From positions 24,180,001 through 24,244,000 of the forward strand of contig OX597842.1 of NCBI GenBank assembly GCA_951406725.2: 64,000 nt of DNA, given 5' to 3'. The notes below the pieces were generated by a model, which had not been told where the DNA came from, ran no database searches, and saw only the letters and a list, made by a program, of their open reading frames with translations. The translations under genes and the position numbers were made by a program. Positions within the stretch are counted from its first letter, which is position 1; each line of letters begins with the position of its first letter. This stretch comes from Octopus vulgaris (lineage: Eukaryota). Below, in pieces: positions 1 to 11,860 of the stretch.

Positions 1-111
1 GACATGCACATATTATGAATGTATACATACATACTTCATCATTTTAAACACATATAGACACCTTCTTTGGGGGAAGCAGTGGGAAGGTATGGTGTTTTGA
101 GTAGTATAGTA

Positions 112-158
<47 letters not shown>

Positions 159-242
159 AAGGGTGGAAAGGAACACACGAGTTGATATATATGAAAAAAC
201 AAGTCAAAAATAGAAAATGCTAAGATAATTTTATAGTGAATC

Positions 243-286
243 TTTCAGTACCGGTTTCGGTCATTTTGAGACCTTTTCAACTGTAA
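243..286 (-). ncRNA. Minimal type I hammerhead ribozyme, U3:A8 core variant (Penelope/retrozyme type)
   Basis: Minus strand reads TTACAG-TTGAAAA-GGTC(TCAAAAT)GACC-GAAA-CCG-GTA-CTGAAA: stem I, core, 4-bp stem II, GAAA, palindromic mini stem III, GUA cleavage triplet. Lies in a ~265-bp segment between (TA)n tracts (122-155, 421-444). Confidence 0.65.
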
Positions 287-1686
287 CGATTAAATAATTA
301 AATTTAGAAAAATTAAAAGAAAAGTTTTTTTAAAAGAATATTTCTATAGTAGTGTTCAGATATAAGTGGCATTCTGCCTTTCTCTGACTCCCTTGTTTGC
401 ACTTGTGTGTTCGAGGTCGTATATATATATATATATATATATATAATATGAGGGAATAAATCCAAACTTACTGGGAAAAATTAGATTTAGGATTAGATCC
501 AATTTTATAGTATAAATATATTATATTATATTAAATTAAATTAGAGATAAAACCATTATTAGGCAAATCAAACAGTGAAAAACATAAGCAATACATAAAA
601 TTAATTTAAAAATATAAAAGTTAAAAATTAAAAAAATATTTAAATAATTTAAACTTATAAATTTTAAATATATATATGTATATTTTTATATTTATATATT
701 ATTTTATTTATTAATTTAATTAATTTATTTATTTATTTTTATTTTATATAAATATCAAAAGTATTAAAAGATAAAGAGTAAAATATATATATATATAACT
801 TACATATATATATATATAAACATATATATATATACATGTGTATATTTAAAGGGCAAAAACCACTAGGTGGTCAGCCGTATGCTAGAAGTAGATCACCTAC
901 GATCAAACTACAAAGAAAAGAATGTTCCCTAGAGGAAAATTCAGCGGACACCAGAACAATATGCGGGCAAGACAGATGAAAATTATCTCTGAACACCTTC
1001 TACTGTTCAGCACTCTTAAGAATTTCCTACCATTGTTATGTTTTAACATTATATCTTCATTAGATAACCACCATCATTAGCATTTAATGTACAAACTCAT
1101 CCATTCGTTTATCTCTCATCACTGCATCTTAACAGCTAATACCTTGTGTCTTGTATATTAAATAAGATCAACAAATTAAATAGCTTCAAAATAAACATTT
1201 ATTGTAGATCAGTTTGGAGAAATGCTACCTTTCTCATACATTGATCAACTGTGTAAATTCTATAGTTTATGTTTGTGTCCCCAGCAAAAGGTTTGTTTGG
1301 ATGGTCTGCATATAAAATGAGAGAAAAATAATTGAAGAGTAAAACAACTTTATTTTCCTCTCAGTTTATTAAATTTATTCATCAAAATTAATGAGATCAA
1401 ATTTCAGGAATTTACAAAAAAATAAGCATGCAGTATCATTAACTGCACGGGTTCACATGGAATATGTTTGGACCATAAGGGGTAAGGCTTTTGAATAGTA
1501 TATTGCAACCTCCATCCAACACAGTAATAAGCTTCCAGCTTGTTCTTGGAGGTGTGGAGCCGTAGCAACAAAGGATGCAGATGCTGGGATACCTAAGCAT
1601 GTCCAGTAGGAAACACCCAGTCTGGAATGTCATACATTAGTGTCATAATGACATATCTACATGGAAACAGAACAAATGAATTTTAA

Positions 1687-2039
1687 TCTCTCTCTATATA
1701 AACGGCAGTTTGTCTGTGCGTGTTTCTGTGTGTCTGTTTTCTTGTACCCTCACCCTGACCACGGCTTTCAACTGATTCTGATGAAACTTGACACACACAT
1801 AGCCCAATGTCATAATTCAAAACTAACGCAGCGAAAATTTTGAAAAGTTCCCCGTTCTCAAAAAAATCGATAAATTCGACATGGGGTTGAGAATCAGAAA
1901 CACAAACCATAAACTCCACCATTTTTAACTAAAAAAAAAATTACCATCATTTTTTTCCTATTTTTTGGCTATAACTCTCTAAAAATGCTTTATAGTTATT
2001 TCCCTTACAAACCTGAGCAACGCCGGGCGATACTGCTAG
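1687..2039 (+). mobile_element. Non-autonomous Helitron
   Basis: 5' TC..TATATAAA start, 3' hairpin CCTGAGCAACGCCGGG then CTAG, inserted between A and T. The paralogous empty site is visible at ~18815 (gaattcaa|tcaa). Confidence 0.8.
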
Positions 2040-2149
2040 TCAACAATATTTGAATGAAAGATTCTCATCATAATTAGGGAGTTGATGCAAATGAAGAAAA
2101 ATGTAAAACATTAATTTGCTCAATAAAAAGTAATACAAGTGTCAGTATG

Positions 2150-3010
2150 TGTACATGGATGCTTTGGTATGTGGTTTTGTCAAACTCCTTTTTGATGGTG
2201 AGGCACAGAGTTAGGATACCTTTTTAAATTGATCTCTTCTCAAAGAAGCATAATCTACACTTGCTGCTGCTATTAAAGCATAGCTTGCATCTTTCTAAGA
2301 TCTCCCACTTTATGCGGTTCTCTATGGTGCCTTCTTTCAAAGCCCAGACGTGCTTGCCTAGGGTTGTGACGTTACAACTCTCTCAGATGTTGAATAGGGA
2401 CGTGTGGTTATTAAAGTGGATTCTCAAGAAGTCTGACATTGACTCTACATATTTCCGCACACTTGGTCGTCCATTTGCTCCAGGTGCTGTTACTTCTATC
2501 TTGTAAACAACACTTTCCGTATTGCAGTGGCTGTTTAGTGGACAAGTTGTGTTACACCTGCATGCGCATCCTATCTCAGCCTTGGATATGGACCTACCTA
2601 CTAAAATCTTTTTTACACTAAGTGCATAGCTAAAGGACAATCTCTGTATGTCTTTTAAATATTTTGTTGAATGCATTGGTACAGACTAAACTAAAGTAAG
2701 GAACATTTTACCTTGTGTGACCCATTACTTTCCTGTGGCGCTTTCACTTGTGGTGGGGAGCTAGGATCTGGCATATCCTTGAAACCGCAAGCAGCCAGAG
2801 CCTGGTTGTAGTACTGGGCGGTAGCATCAAAGTTCTCTTTGCTCTGAAGACAAGCTGGAGTTTCTCCTGCTGACGCCTTTTATCAGGTTCCTGAACACTA
2901 TGGCAGGAAGCCGTGTTAATGTAAGATGACTTCTCATTTTCTTTCCAAAAGGGACTATAGGTACCTGGTTCAAGGTCCAGGGTCACAGCAAGGAAATCTA
3001 CTATTTTCAG
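2150..3010 (-). mobile_element. Degenerate Penelope-like element (RT C-terminus + GIY-YIG endonuclease)
   Basis: VTLDLEPGTYSPFWKENEKSSYINTASCH and CACRCNTTCPLNSHCNTESVVYKIEV...YV...FNNHTSLF resemble PLE RT-thumb and GIY-YIG motifs; frames are broken. Confidence 0.7.
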
Positions 3011-3929
3011 GCCTTTTCTTTCTTAAATCTTCCTACTTTCACTCCTCGTTTATCTCCTTGTACCTTGTCTATGTCCTTTTGATTTCCTCTTTCTTCCCCT
3101 AATTCTTTTATCCTTCCACCCCCTATCTCTCTCCTCTCCTTTCATGTGACTGGTGTTTGGCGAAGCATGATCTTTCTTGGCTTGACTGCCAGCCGCAAAC
3201 CATCTCTTATGTTCACCTCCTCTGTTCCTGCCTCAAGGCTTTCACTCCACACATGCCAGCTCAACTTAATTCATCTCTGTTGGTCGAAAGATACCCGTTG
3301 TTATTTTCTTGTTGTTTGCATTTGTAATTGTGTCACATTTTCTCCGTGTTTTTGAAAGAGCGAGAGCTGCTGATGTTTGATACTGTATATATGTTCTATA
3401 GGTGAAAGTGAAAGAAAGCTGGCACAAAGGGACGGGGGAAAAGCAGAAGAGAAAGAGAAGCTGATTTGTGATACCATATGTAAATGTGTGTGCGTGCAGT
3501 GTTCCACAAACGTTATTTATTTCAAAGACTCTTGTGAAGATAAACACAAATCTTACACTCTTTTTTCTATTTAATCCCCATCTTAAGTTTCAAAACAGTT
3601 TGAGGACAATGTTCTCACTCTATACAAGAGGAGACAAGGTAGATGTAGACGATTAGTATTGTACAGTGAAGCAAAGACAACATACACTCGCATGCAGAAT
3701 AGCAGTCAGCAGATAAATAAAAATGACAAAGTTGCACAGTAGGACAGAGGAAGACACATCAGTACCAATGAGGCTTTTTGAAAAAGAAGCAGACTCTAAG
3801 GCATAGAACTAGTAAAGTATTAAAGGAACTGAGTAAATGTCCAGTCATAGAGTGACCAATGGTTTTGCATCCACAAAGGCTTTTGTGGCTGTGGGACCAC
3901 TCTATGACTGGACATTAACCTAATGTTGG

Positions 3930-4335
3930 GAGGCCCCTGGGAGCTCTACTATGTTGATTGCCTTCTTGTTTTAGCTGAATAAATAATGGCATGAGAAAAG
4001 AAATTTCAGGTATGGAAGCAAGAACTGCAATTTGTGGAACTTATATTTCATGGAACAAAGACTATAGTCTTAATAAGTTTGAAAGCAAACAAATCCTTTC
4101 AGGGAAATGGCCCTGCTTGACATGTGGAAAAGGCAAAAGTAGAAACTCCATCAGGTGTACCTCATGCAAGCTATGTACACATAAGAGGTGCTGCAATGTT
4201 AGAGGAATGTCAACATGGAAAATAGTCTTTGTGTGTGGTAGATGTACACGTGCAATAAACACAAGAAATGTACAGAAAATAGATGAAGGTGATGAGAACA
4301 GAATTCAGGAATCTGGGGCACACAGACTCTAGATT
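3930..4335 (+). mobile_element. RTE LINE fragment
   Basis: PWELYYVD (YADD-like) followed by GKWPCLTCGKG...CTSCKLCTHKRC...FVCGRC Cys-rich insert; homologous to 7160-7500 and 47455-47680. Confidence 0.7.
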
Positions 4336-4442
4336 CAATAAATGTTGGGCAATACTTTTAGACAAATATTTCACAAGAATATTGTTTCTCTGCTGCGTGA
4401 ATGTATCTATGAGAGGTCAAACTGCCTTGAGAAAAAAATGAT

Positions 4443-6338
4443 TTACACAGATATATCACAGGGATATGGATTGTCTCTTGTATGAGTGGCTTCATGCTGA
4501 GATAATTTCCTTTTATGAGAGAATGCCATACCACAGATATTACATTGATATTGCTTCTCTCTTGTATGAATGGATTTATGAGAGGTTACAGTACTCAGCT
4601 GAGAGAATGATTTACCACAAATATCACATTGATATGGTTTCTTCCCTGTATGAGTGTATTTGTGATGAGTAACGTTAGTTTTTTGAGAGAATGATTTACC
4701 ACAAATATCACAAGAATATGGTTTCTCTCCCGTATGAGTGAATTTGTGATAAGTAAGGCTACTCTTACGACAGAATGATTTACCACATATATCACACTGA
4801 TATACTTTCTCTCCTGTATGAGTGTATTTGTGAGTGGTAAGGCTACTCTTATGAGAGAATAATTTACTACAAATATCACATTGATGTGGCTTCTTCTTAG
4901 TATGAATAAATTGATGAGAAGTTAAATTATGTTTTATTACAAAGGATTTACCACAGGTATTGCAATGATATGGTTTCTTTCCAGTATGAATGGATCTGTG
5001 AGTGGTAAGGTTACATTTTTGAGAGAATGATTTACCACAAATATCACATCGATATACTTTCTCTTCTGTATGAGTGTATTTGTGAGTGGTAAGGTTACAT
5101 TTTTGAGAGAATGATTTACCACAAATATCACATTGATATGGTTTCTCTCCTGTATGAGTGTATTTGTGAGTGGTAAGGCTACATTTTTGAGAGAATGATT
5201 TACCACAAATATCACATTGATATGGTTTCTCTCCTGTATGAGTGTATTTGTGAGTGGTAAGGTTACGCTTATGAGAGAATGATTTACTACAAATATCACA
5301 TTGATGTGGCTTCTTCTTAGTATGAATAAATTCATGAGAAGTTAAATATCTTTTTATTACAAAGGATTTACCACAGGTATTGCAATGATATGGTTTCTTT
5401 CCAGTATGAATGGATTTGTGAGTGGTAAGGCTACTCTTATGAGAGAATGATTTACTACAAATATCACATCGATATACTTTCTCTTCTGTATGAATGGATT
5501 TGTGAGTGGTAAGGTTACATTTTTGAAAGAATGATTTACCACAAATATCACATCGATATACTTTCTCTCCTGTATGAGTGTATTTGTGAGTGGTAAGGTT
5601 ATATTTTTGAGAAAATGATTTACCACAAATATCACATCGATATGGTTTCTCTCCTGTATGAATGAATTTGTGACAAGAAAGGTTACTGCTATGAGAGAAT
5701 GATTTACCACAAATATCACATCGATATGGTTTCTCTCCTGTATGAATGAATTTGTGACAAGAAAGGTTACTGCTATGAGAGAATGATTTACCACAAATAT
5801 CACATCGATATGGTTTATCTCCTGTATGAATGGATTTGTGTTTAGTAAGGTTACCTTTATCAGAAACTGATGTATCACAAATATCACAGTGATATGGTTT
5901 CTCTCCTGTATGAAGGCCACTCTTTTGAGAGAATGATTTACCACAAATATCACACTGATATGGCCTCTCGTTATTATGAGTAAGTTTATGAGAGGTTAAA
6001 GTACTTTTTACTGTAAAGGATTTACCACAGATATCACAAGAATATGGTTTCTCTCCAGTATGAATGTATTTGTGAGAAGTAAGGCTACTCCTATGGGAGA
6101 ATGATTTACCACAAATATCACAAGAATATGGTTTCTCTCCAGTATGAATGTATTTGTGAGAAGTAAGGCTACTTTTCCGTAAAAAAGACTTTCCACAGAC
6201 ATCACAGTGATATTGCTTTTCTCCAGCATGAATACGTTTGTGAACAGAGAGATTTCTCTTACTAGATATAAACTTTTTACAGATATCACATTGGTATGAA
6301 AACACTTCTTTTTCTTTTGGCATCTCTTCAGGATTCAT
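4443..6338 (-). CDS. C2H2 zinc-finger protein 1 (631 aa, 22 finger units, finger 5 with 6-aa deletion)
   Basis: Tandem CxxC..HxxxH with TGEKPY linkers; ATG at 6338 matches the start of all paralogs; no KRAB or other domain. Predicted intron 6718-14493. Confidence 0.9.
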   Translation of the reverse strand: MNPEEMPKEKEVFSYQCDICKKFISSKRNLSVHKRIHAGEKQYHCDVCGKSFLRKSSLTSHKYIHTGEKPYSCDICGKSFSHRSSLTSHKYIHTGEKPYSCDICGKSFTVKSTLTSHKLTHNNERPYQCDICGKSFSQKSGLHTGEKPYHCDICDTSVSDKGNLTKHKSIHTGDKPYRCDICGKSFSHSSNLSCHKFIHTGEKPYRCDICGKSFSHSSNLSCHKFIHTGEKPYRCDICGKSFSQKYNLTTHKYTHTGEKVYRCDICGKSFFQKCNLTTHKSIHTEEKVYRCDICSKSFSHKSSLTTHKSIHTGKKPYHCNTCGKSFVIKRYLTSHEFIHTKKKPHQCDICSKSFSHKRNLTTHKYTHTGEKPYQCDICGKSFSQKCSLTTHKYTHTGEKPYQCDICGKSFSQKCNLTTHKYTHTEEKVYRCDICGKSFSQKCNLTTHRSIHTGKKPYHCNTCGKSFVIKHNLTSHQFIHTKKKPHQCDICSKLFSHKSSLTTHKYTHTGEKVYQCDICGKSFCRKSSLTYHKFTHTGEKPYSCDICGKSFSQKTNVTHHKYTHTGKKPYQCDICGKSFSQLSTVTSHKSIHTREKQYQCNICGMAFSHKRKLSQHEATHTRDNPYPCDISV

Positions 6339-6622
6339 TATTGTTCTCCAGTACACAAGCACAAAATGTATTTTTTTCTTTCTTCTTTATATATTTCTCT
6401 GTTGATTCAAATTCTTCTACAGTTATAATCACAGCAAATCTGATCTTTGTGAATATCTGAAGCTAATACAAACACCTTTACAGATTTCTCCAAGTTCAAG
6501 CAGAAGATCAAATACTTTTGTAAATATTCCTGGCAATGGAATAAAGCAAATGTTGCTATTAATTCAGAAGAAATATTTCAGTTATTTACCAGAGATTTGT
6601 TATAGAAACAGGGTTATATATA

Positions 6623-6670
6623 TTATTTATAATATCTTCCATTAGTTTTCAAATGATGATCAATGTTCAT
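6623..6670 (-). promoter_or_regulatory. Conserved uORF (MNIDHHLKTNGRYYK) in ZNF1 5'-UTR
   Basis: Same length and stop in all six paralogs. Confidence 0.5.
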
Positions 6671-7159
6671 GATGTATCTGATGTAAAAACTCCTTTATAC
6701 CACTAACATCTCATATTCTGAAATGACACAGAAACAGTAGAAGATATAGGAAAGACTTGAAAAGCAGACATTCAACAATAGAAAATATAACTACATTTTC
6801 ATAATCATAAACTGTGGACATAAACTTTTACCCCAATAATTAGTCTTTAAAACTTATTTTGTTATTAAAATTATATTATACAACCTTGTGTAATGTCCAC
6901 ATATGCACAGCCTTCAGCTCGTCCACCTTCAAGTATTATGTAAAATGCTAAACTACAAAATACTGGACAATAACATTCTACTGTCTTAGGAAACATGATA
7001 AGTCACTGTTGTTTAGCCCTAGGTCACCCCTCACTGAGTAGATACATTCAGGAAATTAGTGTTCACGAGTGTCATGACCTTTAGAACAGATCAAACATAA
7101 ACATCACTATAATTTAGTCACTAACCACAATACAGACACACACACACACACATATATAC

Positions 7160-7500
7160 TGGGCTGCCCCTGTGAGACCCTCTATGCTGATCATCTTACA
7201 CCTGAATCAATACCAGCAAGAGAAAAGAAATTTCAGGTGTGTAAGCAGGGTCTGCAATTAGTGGGCCTTAGAGTTAATTCGGCAGAGACCAAAGTCTTAA
7301 TTAGTTAGTAAGCAGACAAATCCTACAGGGAAATGGCCCTGCTTGAAATATGGAAAAGGAATATGAAGAAACTCCATAAGGTGTAGCCAGTGCAAGTTAT
7401 GGATACATAAGATGTGCAGCAATATTAGAGGAACGTCAACACGAAAAATAGTAGATGTACATGTGCAATAAATACAAGAAAATAGATGCTGTCAAACGTG
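7160..7500 (+). mobile_element. RTE LINE fragment
   Basis: CPCETLYADHL, then GKWPC...SIRCSQCKLWIHKMC; homologous to 3930-4335. Confidence 0.7.
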
Positions 7501-8096
7501 GAGTGGAGAGCGAGTGCTAACAAGTTAGGGAGCAAAAGACTTGCCTCAGTGGGGTTTTGTCTCTGAAGACCTTCTGTTGAGAATTTCCTACCATTGTTAT
7601 ATTTTAACATTTTATCAGTGACTAGGAAATATATTTTCCACACATTCACTCTCACATGGTTACCATCAACTCAATGGCTCCATCACATATTCTCCAGATA
7701 ACCACCATCATTAGCATTTAATGAACAAACGTATCCCTTCGTTTATCTCTCTCATCACTGTATTTTCTATATTAAAAAATGTCATCAAATTATATAACTT
7801 GCAAACAAACATTTATTGTTTGGAGAAATGTGTAACTTTTATCAAACATTAATCAAGTGTGAATTCTATGCTGTATCATCAATTGTATAGGCTCATAAGG
7901 GACATGTTTGGATAGGGTTGCCAGATTAGAAAACCATGTATACGGGACACTTAAAATCTCTTTCTATATATAAATTTATACATGCCTACACACGCAATAT
8001 ATTACATAAAAACAGAGAGATAAGTTAAAAACATAATGAAATTATTTTAATGGGTTATGAGGTCAAAATTATTTAATACAAGCTAAAAAAATTGGT

Positions 8097-8425
8097 GCAG
8101 CATCATTCATTTTTCTTTAGCAGAGATAAATAAATACTTGCCCAGGTACAGGTGTAGATGGTTTGAAGGAATACTAGGCTATTACAAATCGCCGGGTGCA
8201 TGTATGCTGTCAACAAAGTTTTCTTTGTGGTTTATCATGTAATGCCGAGAACTTAATGTTTGTATATCTTTGGAAGCCGTCCAAGAATCACTGTACATAA
8301 CTGACCCAGGTTTGATGTATTTTTGAATTAGTGGAAGCAATGTCGCTTTGTCACGCTTCTGACCAGTCACAGGAACAACAAAGCGACGTTTGCTAATCCG
8401 CTCAATTCCAGCGAACAACCAAACA
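8097..8425 (-). mobile_element. Merlin/IS1595-family (ISXO2-like) DDE transposase fragment
   Basis: WLFAGIER...RFVVPV...RDKATLLPLIQKYIKPGSVMYSDSW...HYMINHKENFVD matches the DDE_Tnp_IS1595 signature; flanked by a ~155-bp direct duplication. Confidence 0.8.
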
Positions 8426-8672
8426 TACGGGACACTTTTAAAATCTCTATCTCTATATATAAATTTATACACGCCTACACACGCAATATATTATATAAAA
8501 GCAGAGAGATAAGTTAAAAAGATAATGCAATTATTTTAATGGGTTATGAGGTCAAAATTATTTAATAGAAACTAAAAAAAAAATTCTGTTAAAGTGAAAT
8601 AATTTGAAAATATTTCTTTAATACAGACAACAGAGAAAAAAGCAAAAAATATCTTGTGTAATGTGTACATAT

Positions 8673-9035
8673 AGGTGTAGGAGTGGCTGTGTGGTAAGTA
8701 GCTTGCTTACGAACCACATGGCTTCGGGTTCAGTCCCACTGCATGGCACCTTGGGCAAGTGTCTTCTACTGTAGCCTCAGGCCGATCAAAGCCTTGTGAG
8801 TGGATTTGAAAGACGGAAACTTAAAGAAGCCTGTCATATACATGTGTATGTGTGTCTGTGTTTGTCTCCCCAACATCGCTTGACAACCGATGGTGGTGTG
8901 TTTATGTCCCCATAAGTTAGCAGTTCGGCAAAAGAGACCAATAGAACAAGTACTAGGCTTACAAAGAATAAATCCTGGGCTTGATTCACTCAACTAAAGG
9001 CAGTACTCCAGCATGGCCACAATCAAATGACTGAA
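8673..9035 (+). mobile_element. tRNA-derived SINE, family A
   Basis: Head GG(C/T)GCAGGAGTGGCTGTGTGG (A box) ... GGTTCAGTCCC (B box), CACCTTGGGCAAG, internal (TG)n. Confidence 0.85.
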
Positions 9036-9244
9036 TGAAATCTCTGTAATTGTTTTTATCTAACAACAAACAGAGACTATTTACAAACAAAAGTCTTTTA
9101 GTGTGAAAACACTTGAATATTGTTATTTAACTGAGGCAATATAGATAACTAACAGAAATACTGAGAAAGTGAAATCATTGCAAAATTCTTATTCAATAGA
9201 AGCTATAGAAAAATGCCAAAGAAATATTTTAGAAAATTATTATT

Positions 9245-9548
9245 AGAAAAGCACCATCCGTTCGTGTCCGTTGCCAGCCTCGCCTGGCCCCGTGCCGGTG
9301 ACACGTAAAAGCACCATCCGTTCGTGGCCGTTTGCCAGCTCTATCTGGCACCTGTGCGGGTGGCACGTAAAAAGCACCCACTACACTCACGGAGTGGTTG
9401 GCGTTAGGAAGGGCATCCAGCCGTAGAAACACTGCCAGATCTGACTGGGCCTGATGAAGCCTTCCAGCTTCACAGACCCCAGTTGAACCGTCCAACCCAT
9501 GCTAGCATGGAGAACGGACGCTAAATGATGATGATGATGATGATGATT
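9245..9548 (+). mobile_element. SINE-like retroposon, family C, (GAT)n tail
   Basis: GGTTGGCGTTAGGAAGGGCATCCAGC core, ~60-bp internal repeats, (GAT)n tail; multi-copy in the window. Confidence 0.8.
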
Positions 9549-9562
9549 ATCTAATGCAAACA

Positions 9563-9712
9563 GCTGTGTGGTAAGTAGCTTGCTTACCAACCACATGGTT
9601 CCAGGTTCAGTCCCACTGCGTGGCATCTTGGGCAAGTGTCTTCTGCTATAGCCCCGGGCCAACCAATGCCTTGTGAGTGGATTTGGTAGACGGAAACTGA
9701 AAGAAGCCTGTC

Positions 9713-9804
<92 letters not shown>

Positions 9805-10014
9805 TTGTATATGTATGTGTGTGTGTGTTTGTCCCCCTAGCATTGCTTGACAACCGATGCTGGTGTGTTTACATCCCCGTCACTTAGCAGTTCGGCAAAA
9901 GAGACCGATAGAATAAGTACTGGGCTTACAAAGAATAAGTCCCGGGGTCGATTTGCTCGACTAGAGGTGGTGCTCCAGCATGCCCGCAGTCGATAACTGA
10001 GAAAAAGTAAAAGA
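9563..10014 (+). mobile_element. SINE family A with expanded (TG)n
   Basis: Family A sequence; ~80-bp (TG)n at 9715-9797. Confidence 0.85.
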
Positions 10015-11178
10015 GTGTTTCTTAAAGGAGGGACATATTCATACAGCATGGAATGTTGTTTACCTAAATGGACTCCAGCGATTGGTTAAAATTGCCGAAA
10101 TGCTTGAAATTTCAGACGAAATATCTTACAACCTACAGAATTTTCTCAATAAAGCCAAGAAAAAACGATGTTTTATAAACACATTCTACCAGTATACGAA
10201 GTATACTATTTTAGGGTTAGGGGTGGGGAAAGGTATCTTTTTTTCTTCGCAAATGTAAATAAACTCAATCTGTTTCTTAAACAAGGGACATATTCATACA
10301 GCACGGTATGTTTTGACTCCAAATGGACGTATTTGATTGGTTAAAATTGCCGAAATGCTCGATTTTAAAGTGGAAATATGTTACAAACTATAGAATTTTC
10401 TCAATAAAGCCAAGAAAAAATGATGTTTTATAAACACATTCTACCAGTATATGAAGTTTAAAAGTGTTTAGTTAACTAGAAATTGTGTTGACATATGCCG
10501 TTCAAAAGGAAAAGATCAGTGCAAACTTGTACAAAGTACAGACGTCTGCGTGTTAATATACATCTCAGGAATAACAGCCTTCTCATATTCAATAAGCTTG
10601 GTGGCAATAAAGCCAAGAAAAAATGATGTTTTATAAACACATTCTACCAGTATACGAAGTATACTATTTTAGAGTTAGGGGTGGGGAAAGGTATCTTTTT
10701 TTCTTCGCAAATGTAAATAAACTCAATCTGTTTCTTAAACAAGGGACATATTCATACAGCACTGTATGTTTTGACTCCAAATGGACGTATTTGATTGGTT
10801 AAAATTGCAGAAATGCTCGATTTTAAAGTGGAAATATGTTACAAACTATAGAATTTTCTCAATAAAGCCAAGAAAAAATGATGTTTTATAAACACATTCT
10901 ACCAGTATACGAAGTTTAAAAGTGTTTAGTTAACTAGAAATTGTGTTGACATATGCCGTTCAAAAGGAAAAGATCTGCACAAACTTGTACGAAGTACAGA
11001 CGTCTGCGTGTTAATATACATCTCAGGAAAAACAGCCTTCTCATATTCAATAAGCTTGGTGGCAATAAAGCCAAGAAAAAACGATGTTTTATAAACACAT
11101 TCTACCAGTATACGAAGTTTAAAAGTGTTTAGTTAACTAGAAATTGTGTTGAAAAGTGCCATTCAAAAGGAAAAGATG
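10015..11178. repeat. Three tandem right arms of a GGATCTTTTCC foldback MITE
   Basis: Units end in TTCAAAAGGAAAAGAT(C) at ~10517, ~10975 and ~11177; same family as 21215-21915 and 32165-32546. Confidence 0.75.
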
Positions 11179-11373
11179 CATTTATTTCTTTAATGATGAA
11201 ACCGTATTTTTTTTTATAGCAGTTAAAAGAACACAAATTTATTTATCTTCAACATACATGCATGCATAAAATGTCCGTTAACGCTTCAGAGAATATTTCT
11301 CGCTATGGCGTTTATGTAGCTGGAGTCAAGATTTACATACAAGGATAACACTTATAAGTAAGTCATAAGTGAC

Positions 11374-11604
11374 ATCATCATCATCATCATCATTTAGCAT
11401 CCGCTTTCCATGCTAGCATGGGTTGGACGGTTCAACTGGGGTCTGTGAAGCCAGCATCAGGCCCAGTCTGATCTGGCAGTATTTCTACGGCTGGATGCCC
11501 TTCCTAACACCAACCACTCCGTGAGTGTAGTGGGTGCTTTTTACGTGCCACCCGCACAGGTGCCAGACGGAGCTGGCAAACGGCCACGGACGGATGGTGC
11601 TTCT
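11374..11604 (-). mobile_element. SINE family C
   Basis: (CAT)n followed by the reverse complement of the family C core. Confidence 0.8.
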
Positions 11605-11860
11605 TCAAAAGTAAAATATATTTATTATCCATTTCCAGATAGGAAACATATAAAAGTAACCAAACCACTATTAAAGTAGCAACTCGCTGCATAAAAATGT
11701 TATTGCGTTGAAGTTTGGTTTTACTTACAATTTAGCAATCTTTGTATTGTATTTTGTGCTGTATTTTGGTACTATTTAAGAAGAGTGGTCCCGGTGCGCG
11801 CACTCGCTCAAACTAGTCGATCCTTACTTTGTTTTATTTACTTTCTTTTAAAAAAAATTA

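Noticed and set aside
3345-3370. TTGAAAGAGCGAGAGCT as a second hammerhead
   Set aside because: No GAAA or stem III follows.
7913-7950. TAGGGTTGCCA hAT-like terminus (also 57735-57770)
   Set aside because: No partner TIR or TSD found.
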